Shown here: positions 38,068 to 46,319 of the stretch, in pieces | Layout: every line of letters starts with the position of its first letter | How positions within the stretch are numbered: position 1 is the stretch's first letter | DNA from: Verrucomicrobiota bacterium | Lineage (GTDB): Bacteria; Verrucomicrobiota; Verrucomicrobiia; Limisphaerales; RI-55 | Reading direction: 5' to 3' | Assembly: GCA_041689265.1 (NCBI GenBank) | Contig: JBDNGP010000021.1 | Location: 8,572 to 72,571, forward strand | Length of the DNA stretch: 64,000 nt | Translations under genes and position numbers: made by a program | The notes under the pieces: model-generated | The model's database searches: none | What the model was told of the DNA's origin: nothing | What the model saw: only the letters and a program-made list of their open reading frames with translations

Positions 38068-38988
38068 GTGAGCGTTTCCGTCACCGAGCTGACCGACAAA
38101 CTTCTGGCATCCTACGCGCAGGTGGGCGGCATCAATCATCTCGACGGCAAGAACCTGCCGTCGAAGTCGCGGATCGCCGCCATTACCGTCGACTTTCTGC
38201 GTCTGCTTTTCCCAGGTTTTTTTGACGACCAGCAGTTTCATTCCTCCGAATTGAAAATTGAGACGGCAACGCTCGTGGATTCTGTTTTAGATCGCCTGCT
38301 GGGCGAGGTCGAGAAAAGCCTCGAATACGCCCCGCCCGACGGCGTGAAGCCAGGCGAGATCGCGAAGCTGGCCCGGGACGAAACGCACCGGCTGATCGGT
38401 GCGCTGCCCGGTGTGCGGGAGTTGTTGCAAACAGACGTGGACGCCGCGTTCAACGGCGACCCGGCCGCGTTGAGTCGGGAGGAGGTCATCGTGTCGTATC
38501 CGTTCATTGAAACGATCGCCGTGCAGCGGCTGGCCCATCAACTCTATCTGAACCACGTTCCGCTCATTCCCCGAATCATGACGGAGTGGGCACATTCACG
38601 AACGGGGATGGACCTGCATCCCGGCGCGCAAATTGGGACACATTTTTTCATCGATCACGGAACGGGAACGGTGATTGGTGAGAGCAGCGTGATCGGCAAT
38701 CACGTGAAGATGTACCAGTGCGTTTCTTTGATTGGACGTTCCCTCGCCGGCGGTCAGGCGCTCCGGGGTAAACGACGGCATCCGACGATTGAAGATCACG
38801 TGACGCTCTATGCCGGGGCGACCATCATGGGCGGCGACACGGTGGTGGGAGCGCACAGCACCGTCGGCGCAAACGTGTTTCTCACGCACAGCGTCCCTCC
38901 GCATTCGCTCGTGATTTCGGAGGAGTTGAAGGTGAAGGTGATGGACAAGCTCGCGCACAAGGCGTCGACCGTGGATTTTCAGATCTAA
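38068..38988 (+). CDS. cysE: serine O-acetyltransferase (long form)
   Basis: Hexapeptide-repeat core GMDLHPGAQIGTHFFIDHGTGTVIGESSVIGNHVKMYQ and RHPTIEDHVTLYAGATIMGGDTVVGAHSTVGANVFL. The start is set to the GTG at 38068, because upstream of that point the ORF is antisense to the preceding gene. Confidence 0.85.
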   Translation: MSVSVTELTDKLLASYAQVGGINHLDGKNLPSKSRIAAITVDFLRLLFPGFFDDQQFHSSELKIETATLVDSVLDRLLGEVEKSLEYAPPDGVKPGEIAKLARDETHRLIGALPGVRELLQTDVDAAFNGDPAALSREEVIVSYPFIETIAVQRLAHQLYLNHVPLIPRIMTEWAHSRTGMDLHPGAQIGTHFFIDHGTGTVIGESSVIGNHVKMYQCVSLIGRSLAGGQALRGKRRHPTIEDHVTLYAGATIMGGDTVVGAHSTVGANVFLTHSVPPHSLVISEELKVKVMDKLAHKASTVDFQI

Positions 38989-39059
38989 CGGGGTCTGAAG
39001 TCGCGCTGCCAGCGCGGTGCAACATCAGGGTAGTCGCTTGCCTTCGATCGCAGAGACAG

Positions 39060-40298
39060 ATGGAAACAACAAAATTGCAGGCAAAGTTAAATCCAAAGTG
39101 GCGGGTTGGGTTGTTCATTTTTTTAGGGATTGGATTGCTCTCGTTTGTCGTCAGTCGTGGTGATCGGGAACTGTGGTCCAAAAACTACGGTGCCACACCG
39201 ATCTTTGCGTCACTGACTCCGAATGGACAACTTGTTATCGTTGTCAGCAATCGCGTCGAGGTATTGGATGGCAATGGCAAGGCGACCACGCTCTTGACGC
39301 GACCGTCCACGATCGACCGTTTTTTGAATCAGAATGAAACGGGATTCCTCCTCGGTGAATTTACGTCCTCCATTACTAAGTTCCGCAAATATGATTGGTC
39401 GGGCAAATTGCTGTGGGAAAGCAAGGCGAACGGCAGAGCAGAGAACTTGAACACCACGAAAGACGGACACTTCATCTGTGTTGTGGACGACAAAACGTTG
39501 GCCCTGTTCGCGCCGACTGGCGTTCTGAAATGGGAACGGACAGATACCGCGAAGTTCGACCGCATCGGTTTTGTTGGAGAGGACATGATCGGTTATGTGC
39601 AATACAGCTTTTCAGATGTGAACTTCCTCGATCTGGACGGAAATTCCCTTGGTGATCGCGAAGTGAAGCCCCTCTCACGACCTGTTCAGTTTACCGACCG
39701 CGGCGTGATTGCTTGGACAGGGAATCTTGGTGTCACGCTTATCGGCTCAGAAGGTCAGTTATCCTGGAGCTCAAGTCTTCCTGGCGCGACAAACAGCACT
39801 GGCTTCAACAGTATCATGACCATGCTGAACCGCGTTTATGCTGATCGACACGGGAACACCGTGTGTTCTCAGGTAGATGGTAGAATCACGATGCTCGATA
39901 CCGAAGGAACGGTTGTCTGGTCGTTCGCTGACATTGACGAAATGCCTTTGAGTGATCGGTCGCGAAACTCGCCTGACGGGAGGAGGGTATTCACTTTCAG
40001 CAGATGGCCAGATATTACCATCGGCCCCGGTATGCCAGCGAGCGTGGGTGTCGCGCACAGGCACTTGTGGATTGCCGACTTGAATACCGACGCAACGTTG
40101 AACTGGAGCCTGGAGCTGAAAGGCCGAATCAACTGGTCGATTCCCAGATCGAAGGCTGAACTCATGGCGGCATGGAAATCGGGTTTCCGTCATCGGTTTG
40201 ACGTTTGGCCAGAACCGTTGGTTGCGCCAGATGGGGTCGTCTACGTGGCTGGGTTTGATGGGCGGGACAAGGTCGTTTACGCGTTCCAAGGAGATTAA
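39060..40298 (+). CDS. membrane-anchored PQQ-like/BamB-like beta-propeller repeat protein
   Basis: 412-aa ORF with an N-terminal TM anchor (VGLFIFLGIGLLSFVV). Repeated DG.v.W blades are present (GKLLWES, GVLKWER, GQLSWSS, GTVVWSF, DGVVYVAGFDG). Local GC is about 40-47%, clearly below the flanks. Confidence 0.7.
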   Translation: METTKLQAKLNPKWRVGLFIFLGIGLLSFVVSRGDRELWSKNYGATPIFASLTPNGQLVIVVSNRVEVLDGNGKATTLLTRPSTIDRFLNQNETGFLLGEFTSSITKFRKYDWSGKLLWESKANGRAENLNTTKDGHFICVVDDKTLALFAPTGVLKWERTDTAKFDRIGFVGEDMIGYVQYSFSDVNFLDLDGNSLGDREVKPLSRPVQFTDRGVIAWTGNLGVTLIGSEGQLSWSSSLPGATNSTGFNSIMTMLNRVYADRHGNTVCSQVDGRITMLDTEGTVVWSFADIDEMPLSDRSRNSPDGRRVFTFSRWPDITIGPGMPASVGVAHRHLWIADLNTDATLNWSLELKGRINWSIPRSKAELMAAWKSGFRHRFDVWPEPLVAPDGVVYVAGFDGRDKVVYAFQGD

Positions 40299-40359
40299 GG
40301 AACCGACGTTCTTTTGGTGGGTTCAAAAGAAATCATTGTCGAGCGCCTGGTCACTTGGA

Positions 40360-41580
40360 TCACAACTGATCAATCGCCACTACCCGCGCCATTTCTTCGA
40401 GCGTGGTTTCGCCTTTGATGACGCGGCGGAGTCCGTTTTGCCAGAGGGTCTGGTGGCCCTGCTCGATGGCGCGGTCGGCGAGTTCGCGCGTCGGCAGTTT
40501 CTGGAGAATGGCTTCACGAATGACGTCGTCCACGAGCAGCATCTCGGTCACCGCTGCGCGACCGGTGTAGCCGGTTTCCATGCAAGTTTCACATCCCTGG
40601 CCTGCTTTGAAGTCGGCGACTTCAATGACTTCCGGTGAAAGCGTGTCCATCAGGCCCGGCTCCGGTGAGTAGGAGACCGAGCAGTCCGGGCAGTTCAAAC
40701 GGACCAACCGCAAGCCCAGCACCCCGGAAATACTCGAGGCCAGAAGGAACGGTTCGATGTTCATGTTGATCAGACGCGCAAACGTGCCGGCCGCCATGCC
40801 CGAGTGGATGGTGCTGATCACGAGGTGGCCCGTGAGCCCGGCCTGCACCGCAATTGAGGCGGTCTCGGAATCACGAATCTCGCCGATCATGATGACTTGT
40901 GGGTCCTGCCGCATCAGGGAACGCAGCGCGACGGAGTAGGTGAATTCCTTGGCCTTGTTCACCTGCGCCTGGCTGACCATCGGCAGGTTGAATTCCACGG
41001 GATCTTCGACCGTGCTGATGCTGATCGTGGTGCCGTGTTTGGAAATGAGATGGCAAAGGGCCGCGTACATCGCGGTCGTCTTGCCGGAGCCGGTCGGGCC
41101 GGTCAGAAGAATGAGTCCGTTTGGCCGTGAGACCAGGTGCACAAAGGCGTCCAGTGTGGCGTGTTCAAAACCGAGTTGGCCGAGATCGAAACTGCGGTTC
41201 GTGGGATCGAATATCCGGATCACAATTTTTTCGCCGCGCACAGTGGGAAACACAGAGACCCGCAATTCGACGCCGCCGAGATCGGGATCGGCCGGAGCGT
41301 GACCTTCCTGTGGCAGCCCGGTCTGATAACTGATGAGACTCGCCATCACCTTGAGGCGTCCGCTGACTTTGTCCATGTAGTCCAACGGAAGATGAATCAA
41401 TTCACACAGCACACCGTTCAGACGGATACGCACGCAAAGGGAATTTTCCCACGGCTCAATGTGAATATCGCTCGCCCCCGCTCGGATGGCATCTCCGACC
41501 AGATGGGTGACGAGAACCCCCATTTCAGGGCCCTGCTTTTGAACTTCCTCAGACTCCAGATAGGCAGCAGTTTCACTCAT
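40360..41580 (-). CDS. GspE/PilB-family type II/IV secretion ATPase (short form, no N1 domain)
   Basis: Walker A LLTGPTGSGKTT, Asp box VEDPVEFNL, Walker B VIMIGEIRD and His box GHLVISTIHS. The C-terminus carries a tetracysteine CPDC...CETC. Confidence 0.9.
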   Translation of the reverse strand: MSETAAYLESEEVQKQGPEMGVLVTHLVGDAIRAGASDIHIEPWENSLCVRIRLNGVLCELIHLPLDYMDKVSGRLKVMASLISYQTGLPQEGHAPADPDLGGVELRVSVFPTVRGEKIVIRIFDPTNRSFDLGQLGFEHATLDAFVHLVSRPNGLILLTGPTGSGKTTAMYAALCHLISKHGTTISISTVEDPVEFNLPMVSQAQVNKAKEFTYSVALRSLMRQDPQVIMIGEIRDSETASIAVQAGLTGHLVISTIHSGMAAGTFARLINMNIEPFLLASSISGVLGLRLVRLNCPDCSVSYSPEPGLMDTLSPEVIEVADFKAGQGCETCMETGYTGRAAVTEMLLVDDVIREAILQKLPTRELADRAIEQGHQTLWQNGLRRVIKGETTLEEMARVVAIDQL

Positions 41581-41833
41581 GATATTTCAGGTTTCCAGCT
41601 GTGGAGTAGGCCAGCCCGGCACGCTTGTGGCGAGTAAAATATGGCCAGCCAATGCATCTGCAACGCCCGGAACGGATTCACGGAATGGCGCACAGGCGGC
41701 CGGGAATCGGTGGCTGAAAATGTCCGCGCTCATCGGGCATTTGTGAGAGACGAGCCGTCTCTTCGCGAACTTCCCATCCCTCTGGTCAGTGAATTCCGCC
41801 CTTTTTGGGTTGAACCCGCCGGAAGGACCGGTC

Positions 41834-42757
41834 ATGAACACGATCACAATCATGGCTCAATCGAAACGCACAAATCGGTGGAAAAACATCATCGGAGCGT
41901 TGATCGCGCCGGTGCTGGCTTTTGGGCTGCTCCGCTGGTTTGAACAACGAACGGTCTACCAACCGACTGCGGAACTGGACGCCACGGGCGATGAGATCGG
42001 GTTCGTGCGGGAAGACATTTGGCTGACGACCAGCGACGGGATCAAATTGCACGCTTGGTATTTTCCTGAAAACAGCGGAATGACCAAACTGGTCTTCTTG
42101 GTGTGTCACGGGAACGGCGGGAACATCAGTCACCGAATGGATCTGTACGATGCGCTGCTCCGCGAAGGGGTCGCCTTGTTCGCCTTTGATTATCGAGGAT
42201 ACGGTCGGAGCGAGGGGAGGCCGAGCGAGCGGGGCACATATCTGGATGCCGAGTCCGCATACGATTGGTTGATTGAAAAAGGATATCGCGGCGAACAGAT
42301 CATCGCGCTCGGGGAATCACTGGGCGGCGGCGTGGCCAGCGAACTGGCGTTGCGCAAACCGGTCGGCGGACTGGTCCTGCAGAGCACCTACACCAGCACG
42401 GAAGATCTGGGAGCGGAACTGTTTCCCTGGCTGCCCGTGCGGACGGTGGGCCGGATCAAATACAGCACACGTGAGCGGCTTCCAAAGATTGAAGTCCCCG
42501 TGCTGATTCTTCACAGCCCTGAGGACACGGTCATTTCGATTCATCACGCGCGGGAGAATTTTGAAGCGGCCAACGAGCTCAAGCTTTTCCACGAACTTCA
42601 CGGGGACCACAATGACACCTTCTACACAGACCGCGAGGCGTTTGTGACGGGCATCCGGAAGTTCAAGTTGATGTTGAAAACTCGTGGAAAAAATATTGCC
42701 CGCGAGAGCGACACGCCGCCTAATCCCGCGAATGCCGACCAAGAAAACCAGCCGTAA
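41834..42757 (+). CDS. alpha/beta hydrolase (BEM46/ABHD13-like serine hydrolase)
   Basis: N-terminal TM helix, then LVCHGNGGNISHR, FAFDYRGYGRSEG, nucleophile elbow GESLGGGVA and a late HGDHND. The start is set at the ATG at 41834. Confidence 0.85.
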   Translation: MNTITIMAQSKRTNRWKNIIGALIAPVLAFGLLRWFEQRTVYQPTAELDATGDEIGFVREDIWLTTSDGIKLHAWYFPENSGMTKLVFLVCHGNGGNISHRMDLYDALLREGVALFAFDYRGYGRSEGRPSERGTYLDAESAYDWLIEKGYRGEQIIALGESLGGGVASELALRKPVGGLVLQSTYTSTEDLGAELFPWLPVRTVGRIKYSTRERLPKIEVPVLILHSPEDTVISIHHARENFEAANELKLFHELHGDHNDTFYTDREAFVTGIRKFKLMLKTRGKNIARESDTPPNPANADQENQP

Positions 42758-44069
42758 GCCAGCGGCGAATACTGTGAAGCCGAACCGGTCAGGTTTCAGC
42801 GCGTTGGGCGCACGTTCGGAGGAGCCGCCGATTTCCTGGCTCATGCACCAGGCGCTGTCGCATCCCCACATCGTTTCGCTCGCGGCCGGTTTCACCGACA
42901 ACCCGTCCCTGCCCGTTCTCGAAGCGCGTGAAGTGCTGGAAGAAATTCTGGGTGAAGACCGGTCCGCGCAATCGGCGCTGCAGTACGGGAGCACGATCGG
43001 TGACGCGGGCCTGCGGAGGAGCACTGCGAAGCGAATGCTGGAACTGGATTCAACCGCGTCCTCTTCAGCGACGAAACCCGAACTTTACGATCCGGAGCGC
43101 ATCCTGATCACGCACGGTTCACAGCAGCTGCTCTATCTGGTGACGGAAATGTTGTTTGATCCCGGCGACATCGTGCTGGTCGAGGACCCGACTTATTTTG
43201 TTTACCTCGGGATGGCCCAGAGTCACGGCGTGCAGTGCCGGGGGATTCGCATGACGCCCGACGGGATCGACTGCGAGCACTTGAACGAAGTGCTGACCGG
43301 GTTGAAGAAAACCGGGGAGCTGCCGCGAGTGAAGATGTTGTACCTGGTCAGCTACTTTCAGAATCCGAGCGGCATCACGACGTCGCTCGATAGGAAAGCC
43401 GAGGCGCTAAAGGTCCTCCGGCGATTCGAGAAAAGCGCCGGGCACCCGCTTTACCTGCTCGAAGACGCGGCCTATCGCGAACTGAAATTTGCCGGGGAAG
43501 ATGTGCCGTCGTGCCTTGTTCTGCCTGGCGCCGGACAGCGGGTGATTTACACCAGCACCTACAGCAAACCGTTTGCGACCGGAATCCGGGTCGGCTTCGG
43601 GTGGCTGCCCAAGCCGTTGATGACGGTTTTGACACGGATCAAGGCGAATCACGACTTTGGCACCGCCCACGTTCTGCAACAGATTTTGGCCTGCGCGATC
43701 AAGACCGGCCGGTTCGCCCGCCATCTGAAATCGCTTCAAACCCGTTATCGTGAGAAAGCTTCGGTGATGGGCGCGGCATTGAAGAAACATTGTTCCGAAC
43801 TGCTGGAGTGGGGCGAACCCAACGGCGGGCTGTACTACTGGGCGCGACTAAAAGACACTGGGAAATCCGGTCGGAGCTCGAGGTTGTTTAAGGCCGCGCT
43901 ACGGGAGGACATGCTCTACGTGCCGGGCGCGTTGTGCTATGCCGACGATCCGACGCGCGCCAAACCGGACAACGAATTCCGGTTGAGTTTTGGCAACGCG
44001 TCGGAGGCGGACATCGAAAAGGGAATCGCGCGTCTGGCCAAAGCCATCCGTTCGGTGAGACGGTCGTGA
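42732..44069 (+). CDS. PLP-dependent aminotransferase, class I/II (AAT_I fold)
   Basis: YGSTIGDAGLR, ITHGSQQLLYL, VLVEDPTYF and YTSTYSKPFATGIRVGFGW (PLP-lysine region). The start at 42732 overlaps the upstream stop by 26 nt. Confidence 0.85.
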   Translation: MPTKKTSRKPAANTVKPNRSGFSALGARSEEPPISWLMHQALSHPHIVSLAAGFTDNPSLPVLEAREVLEEILGEDRSAQSALQYGSTIGDAGLRRSTAKRMLELDSTASSSATKPELYDPERILITHGSQQLLYLVTEMLFDPGDIVLVEDPTYFVYLGMAQSHGVQCRGIRMTPDGIDCEHLNEVLTGLKKTGELPRVKMLYLVSYFQNPSGITTSLDRKAEALKVLRRFEKSAGHPLYLLEDAAYRELKFAGEDVPSCLVLPGAGQRVIYTSTYSKPFATGIRVGFGWLPKPLMTVLTRIKANHDFGTAHVLQQILACAIKTGRFARHLKSLQTRYREKASVMGAALKKHCSELLEWGEPNGGLYYWARLKDTGKSGRSSRLFKAALREDMLYVPGALCYADDPTRAKPDNEFRLSFGNASEADIEKGIARLAKAIRSVRRS

Positions 44070-44434
44070 CCGCGTGTCAAACATGGCACGAATGGCGCGA
44101 GCCGTTTGAAGAAAGGAAGAGGAAGCGTGCCTTTTCCATTGCCAGTGTCTAAATTTCGCTGAGAATCATTGGCGGGCTGACAGATGTTTTGACAGTCCGT
44201 TCGTCCGTTGCCTCGGACCTGAAAGAATTGCAGCCGCGAATCGGCTGATAATCAAAATTGCGGGTGATTGTCGTTGAAGCGCACGCGTATTGCTTCGTGA
44301 CGATCAACTGCTTCCGCCGGACCGGCTTGTGCCGGTCGGGTGTGTCGGTGGAAGATGACGGTGAATGATTGAAAACTCCCGTGCGGGAGGTCGGAATATC
44401 CCCGTCGTCTTGATGCCGTCAATGTCGTAGAACC

Positions 44435-45505
44435 ATGGCCGCCAGACCCAAATTACTTCTGTTGGACGACGATCAGGAACTCTTGGACATGTACCGGGAG
44501 ATCTTGTCGCAGATGCCCAGCAAGCCGGAGATCCAGACCGCGTCCTCCGGCGCCCGGGCTATTGCGCTGCTGGAGACGCAGACCTTCACCCTGATGATCA
44601 CGGACCTGAACATGCCCAAGATGGACGGGCTGCAGGTGCTTTCGATCGTCCGCCGCAAATATCCCCAACTTCGCATCGTTGTCCTCACCTCGGTAATGGA
44701 TGAACAGTTCCGCTCGCGCTCGTACGCGATGGGCGTCGACCTGTTCTGGCAAAAACCCAGCACGATGGACGAGATTCAGCAGTTCCTCGAATGCATCGAG
44801 TCATTGCTCGGGCGCGAAGTCCAGGAAACTGGTTTCCGCGGGGTTCAAAGCAAAAGCCTGGTGGACATCATCCAGCTGGAGGGATTGTCCCGGTCCTCCA
44901 CCACGTTGCGAATTGTGAACGGCGGGCTCGACGGAAAAATTTGGATGCAGGACGGGGACGTGGTGGATGCGTCCACGTCCAATCTGACTGCGACGGATGC
45001 CTTCAAGGAAATCCTGTCCTGGAAGAACGGCAGCTTCGAGATCATGCCGTTCGACGCCGGGCGCAAGCGCACTATTTTTGACTCGGTCGAGGGGCTGCTA
45101 TTGGAAACGGCGCAGGCGATTGACGAGGCCGCGCAAGGCCCCACAATCAGGACGGAATCCGGTGAGGAGATCGCCGCCTCGCCGTTGATCAATCTTTCCC
45201 GCATCCCGGGCGTTGAATTCCTGATTGAAGTCCCCGACGAGATCAAGAAGAAGTCCGAATCATGGGCCGCCGAAAACGTGGAACAAACGGCCGAGTGGGG
45301 CCGGGAGATGATGAAGGGTTTCCGGGAGCTGGGCGACCGGTTGCAGGCCGGCCAGATTTTGAACGTGGAATTTCACGGCCAGCAGGGCCACTTGAGTTGT
45401 TCCCCCGGGCGGACCGGCACGCTGATGGCGGGCTGGTCGCGGAACCTGTCGAACGACGAAGTCAAAGAGAACCTCAAAGCGTTGACGACCAAATGGGATT
45501 CCTGA
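44435..45505 (+). CDS. response regulator with receiver and DUF4388 (PATAN-like) domains plus an uncharacterised C-terminal domain
   Basis: Receiver domain KLLLLDDDQELL...LMITDLNMPKMDG...VVLTS. The DUF4388-like region is GFRGVQSKSLVDIIQLEGLSRSSTTLRIVNGGLDGKIWMQDGDVVDA...AFKEILSWKNGSFEI. Confidence 0.85.
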   Translation: MAARPKLLLLDDDQELLDMYREILSQMPSKPEIQTASSGARAIALLETQTFTLMITDLNMPKMDGLQVLSIVRRKYPQLRIVVLTSVMDEQFRSRSYAMGVDLFWQKPSTMDEIQQFLECIESLLGREVQETGFRGVQSKSLVDIIQLEGLSRSSTTLRIVNGGLDGKIWMQDGDVVDASTSNLTATDAFKEILSWKNGSFEIMPFDAGRKRTIFDSVEGLLLETAQAIDEAAQGPTIRTESGEEIAASPLINLSRIPGVEFLIEVPDEIKKKSESWAAENVEQTAEWGREMMKGFRELGDRLQAGQILNVEFHGQQGHLSCSPGRTGTLMAGWSRNLSNDEVKENLKALTTKWDS

Positions 45506-45786
45506 GTTTCAAACCGGACAACACGCAGCTCAAGAAGCTCCCAACTGGAAGCTTCACCGTGGACAGCAGCGGCACCATCATCACGTCGACGGTGCCGACA
45601 TCGTTTCCCCCCGCTGAGATCCGGCGCACCGCGCAGCAGGTGCTGCACGCCTTCCGCCGCGGGCATCAGGCCGGATATCCATTTGCGGAATTGATCATTC
45701 AATACGCCGCCTTCAAGCTCAGCGCGCGTGAACTGCGCGGCGGAGCGATCGTCTTTTTCAGCCCCCGTAAACAGGCGGCCATCTAA
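45493..45786 (+). CDS. hypothetical protein (97 aa), co-operonic with the response regulator
   Basis: The ATG at 45493 overlaps the upstream stop by 13 nt. The sequence has mixed composition (GSFTVDSSGTIITSTVP...LIIQYAAFKLSARELRGGAIVFF). A Roadblock/LC7-like alpha/beta pattern is only a guess. Confidence 0.6.
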   Translation: MGFLSFKPDNTQLKKLPTGSFTVDSSGTIITSTVPTSFPPAEIRRTAQQVLHAFRRGHQAGYPFAELIIQYAAFKLSARELRGGAIVFFSPRKQAAI

Positions 45787-45804
45787 TCACGCGTAACCGA
45801 AACT

Positions 45805-46209
45805 ATGACAAAAAAACAATTGGAACAACTGATCCTCTCGATGGAGAACTATCTCGAGTGCTGGAAACAGTTCAATCACTTTCTAAACGTGGCCCGTGCG
45901 AAGAAGTTCGGGGAAGAGGATGAAAACCAGTTTCTGGAGGTCAAGAGCGTCTTGGCCCAGCAGCTTGAACTGCTCCTCGCCGGCATCGAATGTACCAACC
46001 CGACCCGCGAAGAAGTGCACTCGTTGATTTCCGCAGCGCCCTCGCTCCGTTACCTGAGCGAGCTCAATGACGGCGCCGTTCGCGGCATCGAGAACCAGTG
46101 GCACAAGATCTACATCGGCTGGCAGGCCAACCTCGGTCAGCTCAAGGTCAAACAGGGGGAGATGGACGAACAGGGCGGCGGCTTCAGCCTGTTTGGACGC
46201 AGGAAATAA
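45805..46209 (+). CDS. hypothetical helical protein (134 aa)
   Basis: Clean ATG start 19 nt after the previous stop, helical composition, followed by a strong terminator. Confidence 0.7.
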   Translation: MTKKQLEQLILSMENYLECWKQFNHFLNVARAKKFGEEDENQFLEVKSVLAQQLELLLAGIECTNPTREEVHSLISAAPSLRYLSELNDGAVRGIENQWHKIYIGWQANLGQLKVKQGEMDEQGGGFSLFGRRK

Positions 46210-46234
46210 TTTTCGTTTGTTCCTCCAAAGCGAG

Positions 46235-46276
46235 ACGCCCGCCTCACTGACGCGTGGGGGTGGGCGTTTTTGTTTT
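46235..46276 (+). terminator. Rho-independent terminator (partly bidirectional)
   Basis: Stem ACGCCCGCC (46235-46243) / GGTGGGCGT (46259-46267) with one G-U pair, followed by TTTTGTTTT. Confidence 0.65.
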
Positions 46277-46319
46277 CCGCAAAAAGCCGAGGGCCGACCG
46301 GAGCACTTTCGGAACATAA

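Noticed and set aside
44084-44098. A sigma54-like promoter, TGGCACGAATGGCGC, lies downstream of the aminotransferase.
   Set aside because: The GG and GC spacing fits, but the -12 TTGC element is poor (GGCGC). The site lies about 340 nt upstream of the next start codon. It is a single weak match.
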